A stretch of DNA of 39,136 nt from Octopus sinensis (Eukaryota): positions 1 through 39,136 of the forward strand of contig NW_021835717.1 of NCBI RefSeq assembly GCF_006345805.1, given 5' to 3'. A program made the translations under genes and the position numbers. The notes beneath the pieces were generated by a model. The model saw nothing but the letters and a program-made list of their open reading frames with translations, did no database searches and was not told the DNA's origin. Shown here one piece after another: positions 1 to 9,727 of this stretch. Numbering within the stretch: the stretch's first letter is position 1; each line of letters opens with the position of its first letter.

Positions 1-281
1 TACACACATATATATATAAATAAGTATCTATATACATATATCTATATGTATGTATGTACAAATATACATATATCTATATCTATATCAGGTATACTTGCCA
101 TCTCAATATGGCTAACCACTAAGGGTGGGTGTTACTGTACCTTGTAGCCCCAGGAGATCATCGTCTCCAGCTGGCTTTAGGCACACTTTCTGTTCTCTTA
201 TGGTATTTGCAAAGGGAGGTCATCCCTCCCTCGTCAACCTTACCTCGTTCAGAGATTTATTATTGCTTATATCTATATCTT

Positions 282-314
282 TATATATATATATATATAT
301 ATATTATATACTAT

Positions 315-410
<96 letters not shown>
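282..410. repeat. Compound (AT)n + (GT)n microsatellite
   Basis: Direct reading; explains the CV/YI-repeat ORFs at 125-676. Confidence 0.97.
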
Positions 411-412
<2 letters not shown>

Positions 413-551
413 TTGTGTATATATGTATATTATTTGTTCCACGTCCTCGTGTTGTGTTTTTTTGTGCTTTCTTGTTTGGATTTACTGTATATTTCTGTAG
501 ACAGGCAGGTAGAGACAGACAGACAGAAAGATATATATGCATGTATATCAT

Positions 552-576
552 CATTATCATCCTCATCATCATCAGT

Positions 577-610
<34 letters not shown>
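552..610. repeat. (ATC)n/(AGT)n trinucleotide array abutting a LINE 3' end
   Basis: atcatc...agtagtagt read directly. Confidence 0.95.
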
Positions 611-611
<1 letters not shown>

Positions 612-810
612 CCTTTGCACAGCTTCTAACGCTGAGGATGTTCTACAGTGTCAGCTGTTCACTACCAGTGAACTAAGGTAACACCCCTTATTTTTCGAGC
701 ACCTTCCGGGTATTCGAGCAGTTCCAAGCAGTGCTGTTTTCTGCAAGTGCTCCACCCTTATTGCAGCCCCAATTTGTTCCACGCACTTCTCGAGATTTTT
801 GCTCACAAGA
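611..810 (-). mobile_element. 5'-truncated R4/Dong-like (restriction-like endonuclease) non-LTR retrotransposon 3' end
   Basis: Minus translation VSKNLEKCVEQIGAAIRVEHLQKTALLGTARI; restoring a 1-bp deletion gives (L)RKVLEK-stop (TAA at 688-690). This matches the C-terminal LQK.ALLGTA.ILR.VL motif of R4/Dong proteins. The short 3'UTR ends in (TAC)n. Confidence 0.8.
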
Positions 811-1012
811 TGAGGACAAAAATCCATCAAATGTAAATAATGTAAATAATGTTCCAACCCTTTGCCGATTATCTCATCCATTTGCACAACTGTTGTTTCC
901 TGTAATGTTGGGAATTTTTTTCAGTCAGAACCATTGTAGCCCGTTCGGACCTGGACATTTCCAGTTTGGAACTACTGTTGTCTGCTCGGTCACCATTGCA
1001 GGAAAGAGTTCT

Positions 1013-1181
1013 AGGCGCAGACGCGGCTGTGTGGTAAGTAGCTTGCTTACCAACCACATGGTTCCGGGTTTAGTCCCACTGCGTGGCATCTTGGGCAAGT
1101 GTCTTCTGCTATAGCCCCGGGCTGACCAATGCCTTGTGAGTGGATTTGGTAGACGGAAACTGAAAGAAGCTGTCGTATATA

Positions 1182-1223
<42 letters not shown>

Positions 1224-1243
1224 TATATGTGTGTGGTGTGTGG

Positions 1244-1283
<40 letters not shown>

Positions 1284-1500
1284 TTGTGTGTATGTTTGTG
1301 TGTCTGTGTTTGTCACCCTAGCATGCTTGACAACCGATGCTGGTGTGTTTACGACGTCCCCGTCACTTAGCGGTTCGGCAAAAGAGACCGATAAAATAAG
1401 TACTGGGCTTACAAAGAATAAGTCCCGGGGTCGAGTTGCTCGACTAAAGGCGGTGCTCCAGCATGGCCGCAGTCAAAATGACTGAAACAAGTAAAAGAGA
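1013..1500 (+). mobile_element. tRNA-derived SINE, family C (CORE-like CCTTGGGCAAGT segment, internal AT/GT microsatellite, CAGTC-loop-GACTG tail)
   Basis: A-box/B-box-like head (GGCTGTGTGGTAAG...GGTTTAGTCCC); body shared with copies at 8029, 10706, 16169, 20933, 27944; tail GGCGGTGCTCCAGCATGGCCGCAGTCAAAATGACTGAAACAAGTAAAAGAG. Confidence 0.92.
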
Positions 1501-1598
1501 GTAACGAGAGAGTAAGTTTTGAATTGTGGAGGCACTTCAGTTTGTCCTGTATATGAAAGTGGAAGGTTTACGTGTTCGAAAAGTTAGAAAAATAAATT

Positions 1599-1971
1599 AA
1601 GAAATTATGTACTCACAGAAAGTCGCTTATTTTAAATTTGCTGAAGATAGATTAGCCGGAGGCGTTTAAGAGTGTTCTTATGATAAAACGCCCTGTTTGC
1701 ATATTCGAATAATCAGAAAAACAAAATTAAATACTCACAGAAAGATATAGATATTAAAGTTTTTAAACTTATATGAAAGAGGGATGATGGCGTGTTTGGA
1801 CAACTAGAAGAAATGAAGAAATTATATCCTCGCAGAAAGTCGCGTATTTCGAAGCTGCTGAAGCCAGATAGCCGGAGGCATTTAAGATTGTTCTTGCGAT
1901 AAAAGAGATGTTTACATATTCGAATAATCGGAGAAAAAATGCTCTCAGAAAACTGTAGATATTCAAGTTTT
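1599..1971. repeat. Diverged direct duplication, ~165-bp homologous block at ~217-bp spacing
   Basis: AAGAAATTAT-x-CAGAAAGTCGC...TAGCCGGAGGC...CATATTCGAATAATC...AGATATT(A/C)AAGTTTT occurs at 1599-1764 and 1816-1971. Confidence 0.85.
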
Positions 1972-2137
1972 CTTTTTAAATTATCCTGAAAGAGGATATC
2001 CGATGCACAGTTTGATTGTAATTGAATTTTTGCATCTTCAGCTGCTGACTGGTCAGATCTGCGAAGACGGCGTCCAGTCGATTTAATTATGGCTAATATT
2101 GCTGTTGTTGTTGTTGTTGCTGCAGTTGCTGTTATGA

Positions 2138-2356
2138 TGGCGAGCTGGTAGAAAGGTTAGCACGCCGGGCGAAATGCTGAGTGGCATTTCGTCTGCCACA
2201 ACGTTCTGAGTTCAAATTCCGCTGGGCTCGGTTTTGCATTTCATTCTTTCGGAGTCGATAAATTAAGTACCAGTGAGACACTGGGGGTCGATGTAATCAA
2301 CTATAACCCCTCCCCCAAAATTCCAGGTCATGTGCCTACAGTAGAAAAGATTATTA
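2138..2356 (+). mobile_element. tRNA-derived SINE, family B (GGCGAGCTGGCAGAA head; CCTTTCGGGGTCGATAAATTAAGTACCAG central block; GTAGAAAAGATTATT tail)
   Basis: Head, B-box GAGTTCAAATTCC and central block shared with many copies in the window. Confidence 0.85.
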
Positions 2357-2385
2357 CTACTATTACTATTATTATTGTTGTTGTT

Positions 2386-2620
2386 GTTAGCACGCCGGGC
2401 AAAATGCTTAGGGGCGTTTCGTCCGGCTTCACGTTCTGAGTTCAAATTCCACCGCGGTTTACTCTGCCGTTCATCTTTTCGGGGTCGTAAAATCTGTACC
2501 GGTAGAGAAATGAGGGTCGAGGTACTGATAATAATAACTAATAAGTTTTATTAAGGCGGCGATCTAATAGAGTCGTTGCAGGCCAGGCAAAAGGCCTAGC
2601 AGCATTTCGTCCAACTTCTG
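2386..2620 (+). mobile_element. Truncated/degraded family B SINE fragments
   Basis: GTTAGCACGCCGGGCAAAATGCTTAG...GAGTTCAAATTCC at 2386-2525; degraded head AAGGCGGCGA...CATTTCGTCC at 2553-2620. Confidence 0.7.
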
Positions 2621-2622
2621 GG

Positions 2623-2658
<36 letters not shown>

Positions 2659-2689
2659 TATATATACATATACATGTATGTATAAATCG

Positions 2690-2880
2690 GCGAAGGCGTG
2701 GCTGTGTGGATAGGTGCAGTAGTGGGTGTGTAGTAAGAAGCTTGCATCCCAACCATATAGTTCCGGGTTCAGTCCCACTGCGTGGCATCTTAGGCAAGTG
2801 CCCTCTAATCTAGCATCGGGCCGACCAAATCCTTGTGAGTGGATTTGGTTGACGGAAACTGAAAGAAGCCTGTCGTATAT
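2690..2880 (+). mobile_element. Family C SINE 5' half ending in (TA)n microsatellite
   Basis: GGTTCAGTCCCACTGCGTGGCATCTTAGGCAAGTG...GGAAACTGAAAGAAGCCTGTCG, then AT repeat to ~3020. Confidence 0.85.
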
Positions 2881-2905
2881 ATATATATATATACATACAC
2901 ACGCA

Positions 2906-2936
<31 letters not shown>

Positions 2937-2939
2937 CTA

Positions 2940-2972
<33 letters not shown>

Positions 2973-2976
2973 ATAC

Positions 2977-3021
<45 letters not shown>

Positions 3022-3236
3022 GGTCCCGGGTTGATTCGGGGTTAACCACTAAAATAAGGTACTCAATACTAGCAGAGTAATTTTATTATTATTCTTCCTG
3101 AAGATTTCTCTTGAGAAACGTTCTAGTCCTGTATCCTTCTATATAATAATATATATAATATATATATATATAATGGGTCTCGACGTTAAGGGTTCGGTCT
3201 TTCTTCCGAACAATCACACAGAGGATTAATTTATAT

Positions 3237-3373
3237 GACGAAATGATCGCAGAGCAACGTGAAATGAAGTGCTTTGCTCAAGAACACAACGCAACACCCT
3301 GTCTGGGAATCGAACCCACGACCTCGCAATCGTGAGAGCAACTCCCTAACCATTGAGCTATGCGCTTTCATGC
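3237..3373 (-). mobile_element. tRNA+CORE-like SINE head (family D), truncated
   Basis: Reverse complement gives TGGTTAGGGAG...GGTTCGATTCCC...TGTTGTGTTCTTGAGCAAAGCACTTCATTTCACGTTGCTC. Confidence 0.8.
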
Positions 3374-4093
3374 ACTTTGTGAGTTTTTGTGTGTGTGTGC
3401 ATAGGAGCTTTGCTACAGCAGCCATAGTGAGACACTAGTAAACCGGGGAGTCTATTGACCATTGCATTTATCATCCCTGCTGCGGCCGTTGAAGATATGC
3501 CTCGCCACAGGCGGCCATTTACGGTGGTTAAGTTTCACCATTATTGTCTCTTTTCGTCTTGTTGTTGTTGCTGTTGTTATTGATGTATTGTCCAGCAAGC
3601 TGACCAGCATCTAGTAACAGGATCCCTTCTACACACATACACAAATACATTATAGTCAGACATACAGAACACCCGCAAAACACACACACACGCGCGCACA
3701 GTCAAACACACACAGGTACACTGATATATGCACTTTTACAGGCTTCTGCGTATTTGCGCACGCGCGTGTGTGTGTGTGTGCACATAGATGAAAATGTGTG
3801 CAGCTATAAATGCACATGTATGCACGTACAGGTATATGCGTTTATGCAAATGCATGTGTATGTACACTCGTATCTAGTCTAGTGGCGGTCTACTCTCGGG
3901 CAGGTCCTGCGCACGTGAGCTTTCTCTAGCGCTCTCTAAACGACCTGGGAGGTTTCCATATCCTCCCCAGCCGACGTTAAGTAGATTACTGGCACTTCGG
4001 CCATCCATGACTGGAACTTGGAAAAAATACTGGGGTGGTGTCCCGTAGCTTTCTCCAGACAAATGGGATTTGATCTCAGAATATAGACAGCCA

Positions 4094-4104
4094 GAAGATA
4101 TACC
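4094..4104. other. Target-site duplication copy (GAAGATATACC), downstream side of the 5.8S-SINE chimera
   Basis: Identical 11-mer at 4468-4478; 10/11 copy at 4483-4493. Confidence 0.8.
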
Positions 4105-4338
4105 TATTTCTTTACTACCCACAAGGGTCTAAACACAGAGGGGACAAACAAGGACAGACAAATCGATTAAGTCGATTACATCGACCCAAGTGTGTAACTG
4201 GTACTTAATTTATCGACCCCGAAAGGATGAAAGGCAAAGTCGACCTCGGCGGAATTTGAACTTAGAACGTAGCGGCAGACGAAATACCGCTAAGCATTTC
4301 GCCCGGCGTGCTAACGTTTCTGCCAGATCGCCGCCTTT
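4105..4338 (-). mobile_element. Full-length family A SINE (A/B-type head, tail ...TGTGGGTAGTAAAGAAATA)
   Basis: Near-identical to copies at 12493-12725 and 20560-20790. Confidence 0.93.
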
Positions 4339-4467
4339 GACCGGACGGGGCCCCGGGACGATAGAATCCCGGGGCCGCAATGTGCGTTCGAGGTGTCGAT
4401 GTTCACTGAGTCCTGCAATTCGCATCAGTTCACGACGGACGAGCCGAGTGATCCCCCGTCCAGGTCG
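4339..4467 (-). pseudogene. 5.8S rRNA retrocopy (~22-nt internal deletion, ~10-nt 3' truncation) fused to the 5' end of SINE A
   Basis: Minus strand: CGACCTGGACGGGGGATCACTCGGCTCGTCCGTCG|TGAACTGATGCGAATTGCAGGACTCAGTGAACATCGACACCTCGAACGCACATTGCGGCCCCGGGATTCTATCGTCCCGGGGCCCCGTCCGGTC. It contains the 5.8S signatures GGATCACTCGGCTCG, GAATTGCAGGAC and GAACGCACATTGCGGCC, plus the GC-rich CCCCGGGA/TCCCGGGG hairpin. Confidence 0.93.
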
Positions 4468-4482
4468 GAAGATATACCGTCG

Positions 4483-4543
4483 GAAGATATACTGCAAAGC
4501 ATTTCTACCGACGCGCCAACGATTCTGGTATACTCTCACCCGC
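4483..4543 (-). mobile_element. Old degraded A/B-type SINE head; its continuation lies at ~4064-4104 (host of the chimera insertion)
   Basis: Minus CAGAATCGTTGGCGCGTCGGTAGAAATGCTTTGCAGTATATCTTC aligns to CAGAATCGTTAGCACGCCGGGCGAAATGCTTAGCGGTATTTCGTC. Minus 4104-4064 GGTATATCTTCTGGCTGTCTATATTCTGAGATCAAATCCC aligns to GGTATTTCGTCTG...GTTCTGAGTTCAAATTCC. Confidence 0.72.
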
Positions 4544-4545
4544 AG

Positions 4546-4663
4546 GACAACGTGAAATGAAGTGTTTTACTCAAGAACACACATGCCACCTGGTCCCCAA
4601 ATCGATCTTACGATCTAGCAATCGTTAGTGTATCACTTTACCAATTAAGCCACGAGCCTTCAC
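4546..4663 (-). mobile_element. Degraded family D SINE head
   Basis: CAACGTGAAATGAAGTGTTTTACTCAAGAACACA shared with the 3237 and 7492 copies. Confidence 0.7.
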
Positions 4664-4758
4664 GTGGCGTTGTGGTTACTGTGTTGCTACTTTCATATAT
4701 TCAAATGCTAATAATCATACATAAACCACATACGTAGTCTGTGTGTGTGTGTGTGTGT

Positions 4759-4796
<38 letters not shown>

Positions 4797-4845
4797 CGTG
4801 CGCATAGATAATATCTATATACGTCTATATGTGAATATCTATTTC

Positions 4846-5152
4846 TATGCGCCCTTTTCAAGCCTATTCAGGCTCATGGGCCCGGTTACCCGGTTTCTAT
4901 GGCGTATGTGTTCCCCCCAGCTGGACGGGTCGCCAGTCCATCACAGCGTTACTCAAGAAACAGGAAGAATGAGTGAGAGAAAGTTGGGGCGAAAGAGTAC
5001 AATAGAGGTCGCCACCACCCCCTGCAGGAGCCTCGTGGAGCTTTTAGGTGTTTTCGCTCAATAAACACACACAGCACCCGGTCTGGGAATCGAAACCGCG
5101 ATCCTCCGACCGTGAGTCCGCTGCCCCAACCACTGGGCCATTGCGCCTCCAC
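4846..5152 (-). mobile_element. tRNA-derived SINE family E, tail type 1 (…CATAGAAACCGGGTAACCGGGCCCATGAGCCTG…AAAAGGGCGCAT)
   Basis: Head TGGAGGCGCAATGGCCCAGTGGTTGGGGCAGCGGACTC...GGTTTCGATTCCC on minus; body shared with the 9417 and 25541 copies. Confidence 0.9.
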
Positions 5153-5606
5153 ATATGAATATCTAATCACCATATAAACACATACAAGCATACACACACG
5201 ACGTGTGTGTGTGTGTATGTGTGTGTGCATGTGTTTTCGTACAAGCGTATGTTTGTATGCGCGTGTCTACATGTATATGTGCTTATACGTCTGTATGCAA
5301 GAGTATATGAATACATTACAAATTTATAGATCCGTGTGTGTGTCTGTCTGTTCGTGTGCCAGCGCACGAATGTGTATGTTTCCATGTGTGTGTGTGAATG
5401 TATATACACACACACACATATACAGCACATAAACAGCCAGTCACATGTGCAGTCATGCACCTGAACCAGCCGTACACCTTTCCAGTTGGTAATTAAATAC
5501 CTAAGAGCTGATGGCCTAATAGCACGGTTTTCTTTCGTTACGTTTTGTCTATTTATCCTATTAATTTTGTGCATACTTTTTCTCTCGCTCTGCGTTTGTC
5601 TCTGCG

Positions 5607-5700
5607 TTTATATAGACATATAAGCATAGTTGTGTGTGTATGTATTTATATAGATATATAAGCATAGTTGTGTATGTATTTATATAGATATATCAGCATA
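5607..5700. repeat. ~34-38-bp minisatellite, ~2.7 copies (TTTATATAGATATATAAGCATAGTTGTGTATGTA)
   Basis: Direct reading. Confidence 0.8.
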
Positions 5701-6302
5701 TATACATGTGTGTATGTGTGTTGTTCTCTGTAGTCTGTCCGCTTCGTGTTGTCCTCAATTGTCCTCCTGTTTCTGTCTGACTCCAATGGTGATTCATCGA
5801 TACGTCCTGTTTGTTACCGTCATTAACGACAGACTACCCCAGCCTCCTGACACAGCCATTTATACCGAATAAAGTCGACTGCCTCTAATAATGCGTAGCC
5901 ATTAGTTATTTGGCAATATATCACATTACAGAAAGAGCAGATAAATGCCCGATTCAGAGTAAATTGGTGAATCGCAGCTTGGTGCGGTTTCGTAATGGTC
6001 TGATCTATGAGTGGCGGCGGCGGTGGGGTTGCTGTTCCGATCGATTGCACGGTTATAGGTTGTGCAGTGATGGTGAGGGATAATGGTATCGTTGAGCTTT
6101 ATTATGCCAAACTACCATCTTATCATGTTACCATTCCATGCTGTAATACTGTAATACCACGATCAGATTACACCAGCAGCTAAGGTACCACCATAGCCTT
6201 GAACTTTAGATTGTAATTACATAACAATTGATTCTACAACAAAACAAAAACAGCTTCTACATCAGCGAAAACCTAACACTGCCCTCTGCCGGCGAATTTA
6301 CT

Positions 6303-6522
6303 TAATATTGGTTTCAAATTTTGACACAGGGCCTGCAAGGTCGAGGGAGGGGGTGAGTCGATTATATTGACCCTAGTGCTCAGCTAGTATTCATTTTATC
6401 GGTCCTGAAAGGATAAAAGGCAAAGTCGACCTCTGCGGAATTTGAACTCAGAACGCAAAGGCGGACGAAGTGCCGCTAATCACTTTGTCCGGCGTGCTAA
6501 CGATTCTGCCAGCTTGCTGGCT
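6303..6522 (-). mobile_element. Family B SINE
   Basis: Reverse complement of the head (GGCAGAATCGTTAGCACGCCGGAC), B-box and central block. Confidence 0.85.
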
Positions 6523-6605
6523 TTGGATTTATTTAACATCAAGAGTAGCCGACCAGGACTGTCCAAATATAAATAGTTCTTAATATTATGCAAGGTCTGC
6601 TAAGG

Positions 6606-6644
<39 letters not shown>

Positions 6645-6743
6645 TCACACACACACAAACACACATTCTATGCATAAAGAAAATCAGTTTCTATTCTTTC
6701 TTCACCCACAACTGGACCCTGTAATATCTCAATTTATTTATTT

Positions 6744-6948
6744 CACGCCGGGCGAAATGCGTAGCGGTATTTCGTCTGCGTTACGTTGTGAGTTCAAATT
6801 CCGCCGAGGTCGACTTTGCCTTTCATCCTTTTGGGGTCGATAAATTAAGTACCAGTTACGCACTGGAGTCGATGTAATCGACTTAATACCTATGTCTGTC
6901 CTTGTTTGTCTCCTCTATGTTTAGTCCCTTGTGGGTAATAAAGAAATA
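6744..6948 (+). mobile_element. Family A SINE (5'-truncated), followed by a family B body starting at GGTATTTCGTC
   Basis: Ends GTGGGTAATAAAGAAATA at 6948; 6949-7118 is a B body ending GCCTTGTGCCTAGGGTAGAAAATAATAT. Confidence 0.9.
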
Positions 6949-7118
6949 GGTATTTCGTCCGTCTTTACGTTCTGAGTTCAAATTCCGCCGAGGTCGACTT
7001 TACCTTTCATCCTTTCGTGATCGATAAATTAAGTACGACTTGCGTACTGGAGTCTATCTAATTGATTGGTCCCCCCTTAAAAATTCCGTGCCTTGTGCCT
7101 AGGGTAGAAAATAATATC
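6949..7118 (+). mobile_element. Family B SINE body lacking its first ~45 nt
   Basis: GGTATTTCGTCCGTCTTTACGTTCTGAGTTCAAATTCC...GTAGAAAATAATAT. Confidence 0.88.
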
Positions 7119-7491
7119 TAAATTTATTTCACTTCAAATTGTCGCTGGTTGTGCATAAAATAATTATGGTTTAATTAATGACAGAAATATGCAAATTAGG
7201 CTACCCACTTATATGACTCTCTGATTCGTAACTGTTTCATACCAAAGTTTGTTTTCTTCTATACAAAGTGTAGATAGATATTTAGCTGACGTCGCGTGGC
7301 GCGATGCCGTTATTATTAGACTTGAAGGTCAACATCTCTCAGACACAACACGGCAGTCTCAATCATACTACCCCAGATATTTCGTGCAAAGCTTTAAAAG
7401 ATCCAGTTTTGAAGAGACTTCTTCATGCTAAGGAAATCCGCATTTTCTGGGTGTCTGCGCTAAATACTTAATTAATGTATAAAATTTAAAA

Positions 7492-7742
7492 AATGCGCCC
7501 TTTTAAAGCCTAGCCAGGCTCATGGGCCCGGTTTCCCGGTTTCTATGGCGTATGTGTTCCTCGGCTGGACGGGACGCCAGTCCATCGCAGCGTTACTCAT
7601 TTTTGCCAGCTGAGTGGATTGGAGTAACGTGAAACGAAGTGTTTTGCTCAAGAACACAACCCGTCGCCCGGTCCAGGAATCAAAACCACAATCTCACGAT
7701 CATGATGCTGACACCCTAACCACTAAGCCATGAGACTCCACC
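7492..7742 (-). mobile_element. Full-length family D SINE (tRNA head + CORE-like block + tail type 1)
   Basis: Head GTGGAGTCTCATGGCTTAGTGGTTAGGGTG; CORE-like TTCTTGAGCAAAACACTTCGTTTCACGTTACTCCAATCCACTCAGCTGGCAAAAATGAGT; same tail as the 4846 copy; possible TSD ATTAATGTA (7471-7479 / 7746-7754). Confidence 0.88.
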
Positions 7743-8028
7743 TTTATTAATGTAATATGCCTTTATTTTATTTTATAACTGGTTGTTTAAGATTAATCCA
7801 ATATTCCTAATACTATCGAGATCCACACATTTTAAAATAAACAAATAAAAACCACCAAATTGAATGAAAATGAACGGAAACGGTAGACTTCCTTCATATT
7901 TTGTCCGAGAACCAATAAAATGGCTGACGAGTGTATTTCTCCTGTTTCAGTGTATTGAATTCGTCATGCAATAATGATGTTTTATAGATGTTTTCCTCGT
8001 AAATATGAATCATATTATTGCTAATAAT

Positions 8029-8451
8029 TTTATTACTCTTTACTCTTTTACTTGTTTCAGTCATTTTGACTGCGGCCATGCTGGAGCACCGCCTTTAGTC
8101 GAGCAAATCGACCCCGGGACTTATTCTTTTGTAAGCCCCCAGTACTTATTCTATCGGTCTCTTTTGCCGAACCGCTAAGTGACGGGGACGTAAACACACC
8201 AGCATCGGTTGTCAAGCAATGCTAGAGGGACACACACAGACACACAAACATATACACACACACACTTATATATATATACACATATATACGACAGGCTTCT
8301 TTCAGTTTCCGTCTACCAAATCCACTCACAAGGCATTGGTCGGCCCGGGGCTATAACAGAAGACACTTGCCCAAGATGCCACGCAGTGGGACTGAACCCG
8401 GAACCATGTGGCTGGTTAGCAAGCTACTTACCACACAGCCACTCCTGCGCC
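8029..8451 (-). mobile_element. Full-length family C SINE with 13-bp TSD
   Basis: TSD TATTGCTAATAAT at 8016-8028 and 8452-8464. Confidence 0.95.
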
Positions 8452-8613
8452 TATTGCTAATAATATTTCATATATTAACGCAGTTATTCATTCTCAATCC
8501 GTTCTCAGATTCGATTGTGAACATACTGACGTATTTCTGTCGTCTGAGAATGTCTTCTTTCTTTAGACAATATATGTTTATAATATATATATATGATTCA
8601 TTGATGTGGGGGA

Positions 8614-8664
8614 CTTTGAAACATCGCAACGTTTCGACCTTATTGTGTGTCTCGTCAGTCAAAG
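8614..8664 (-). ncRNA. Type I hammerhead ribozyme motif
   Basis: Minus 5'-CTTTGA CTGACGA GAC acacaataag GTC GAA ACGT tgcg ATGT T TCAAAG-3': full CUGANGA/GAAA core, G10.1-C11.1 pair, perfect 6-bp stem I, 3-bp stem II, 4-bp stem III (one G.U), GUU cleavage triplet. Confidence 0.85.
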
Positions 8665-9416
8665 CTACTATCCGGGTCGATGAATCTAACAAGAGCACGA
8701 GCTCTTGTTTATAGAAGCCAGCAAACAAATTATCTGCAGATGAATGTTGTCTGCCAAACATACAACAATTCATAAGGTGCACAACAAGAATCTAAACGGT
8801 AACGTATTTATTCAGTCTCAAAACCTTCAGACAGATTCCAACGTGAATATGCTGATTACCAGAATAGACTAGGAATTCAATAATACGTTATTGTTTGAAT
8901 TCTCGCTGTTCTGTGCCCACATCATGAATTTGTATCAACCCAGTTTCTATTTTGACCTTATCGTGGCGAATGAGGAAGTATCTCTCAGGGAGAGTGACTG
9001 ACTGGGATTGCTACTCGGAGTGTTTCCCCAAACGACCCGAGCAAATAACAACAAACGGTGAATGCAACGGGGCATTACCCAACACCTGATCTCACCTGAC
9101 AGGTTCTCTTCTAACATCATTCTGTTAAGCAAAACTGCAGCACGAATAGCAAATTTAATTTAATTTTAGTCTCAATTTCAGGGTTAGACAACATTATCAA
9201 ATTTATATTATTTTAGGGTTACGCATGAAGAAAAGTATTTGGTTTGACTCATATTTAAGTAAGAGTGCCATAATTGGATTCACGTACGTTGTAGCATTCG
9301 TCCTGTTTAGGTTTGGTTCAAAACTAAATGAAGAGGAAGAATAACATTCATTCTAATCCGTCAAGCAATTTACTGCGTCTTAGCCGTCGTCCCTAAATAC
9401 CTCAAATTTGTCTTGT

Positions 9417-9727
9417 CGTTTCTCTCTCTTGTTTCTTCTCGAGCCATCCCTGACTCATAAGGGCCGGTTTCCCGGTTTTATTGGCGTATAGGTTCCCCAC
9501 CTGGATGGGACGCCGGTCCGTCTCAGGTGAGCTGCTAGATGCAGGAGGAAAGAGTGAGAAAAAGTTGTGGCGAAAGAGTCAGCAGAGTTTCGCCATTACC
9601 TTCTGCTGGAGCCGCGTGGAGCTTAAGTGTTTCACTCATAAACACACACATCCCCCGATCTGAGATTCGAACCTGCGACTCCTCGGCTGCGAGTCCGCTA
9701 CTCTAACCACTAGGCCATGTGCCTCCA
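9417..9727 (-). mobile_element. Family E-related SINE, tail type 2, with 14-bp TSD
   Basis: TSD CAAATTTGTCTTGT at 9403-9416 and 9728-9741; tRNA head TGGAGGCACATGGCCTAGTGGTTAGAGTAGCGGACTC. Confidence 0.93.

Noticed and set aside
1013-1090. tRNA genes at SINE heads (all families)
   Set aside because: A/B boxes are present but there is no proper cloverleaf or acceptor stem, and all continue into SINE bodies.
3098-3130. CTGAAGA...GAAACGTT hammerhead-like words (also 12420-12450, 31701-31720)
   Set aside because: Stem I and/or stem II cannot be formed in register, or GAAA is missing.
3874-4063. 82-aa minus ORF / GC-rich segment as exon or rDNA ITS2
   Set aside because: The ORF starts inside the SINE, there is no recognisable protein, and it does not continue the 5.8S 3' end; origin undetermined.
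4190-4555. Arg-rich 121-aa and 109-aa ORFs
   Set aside because: Overlap the SINE and 5.8S rRNA sequence; GC-rich non-coding read-through.
8468-8782. vWA-like LVLLLDSS motif in the 104-aa minus ORF
   Set aside because: Isolated short match; the rest of the ORF lacks vWA features and overlaps the hammerhead and AT repeats.
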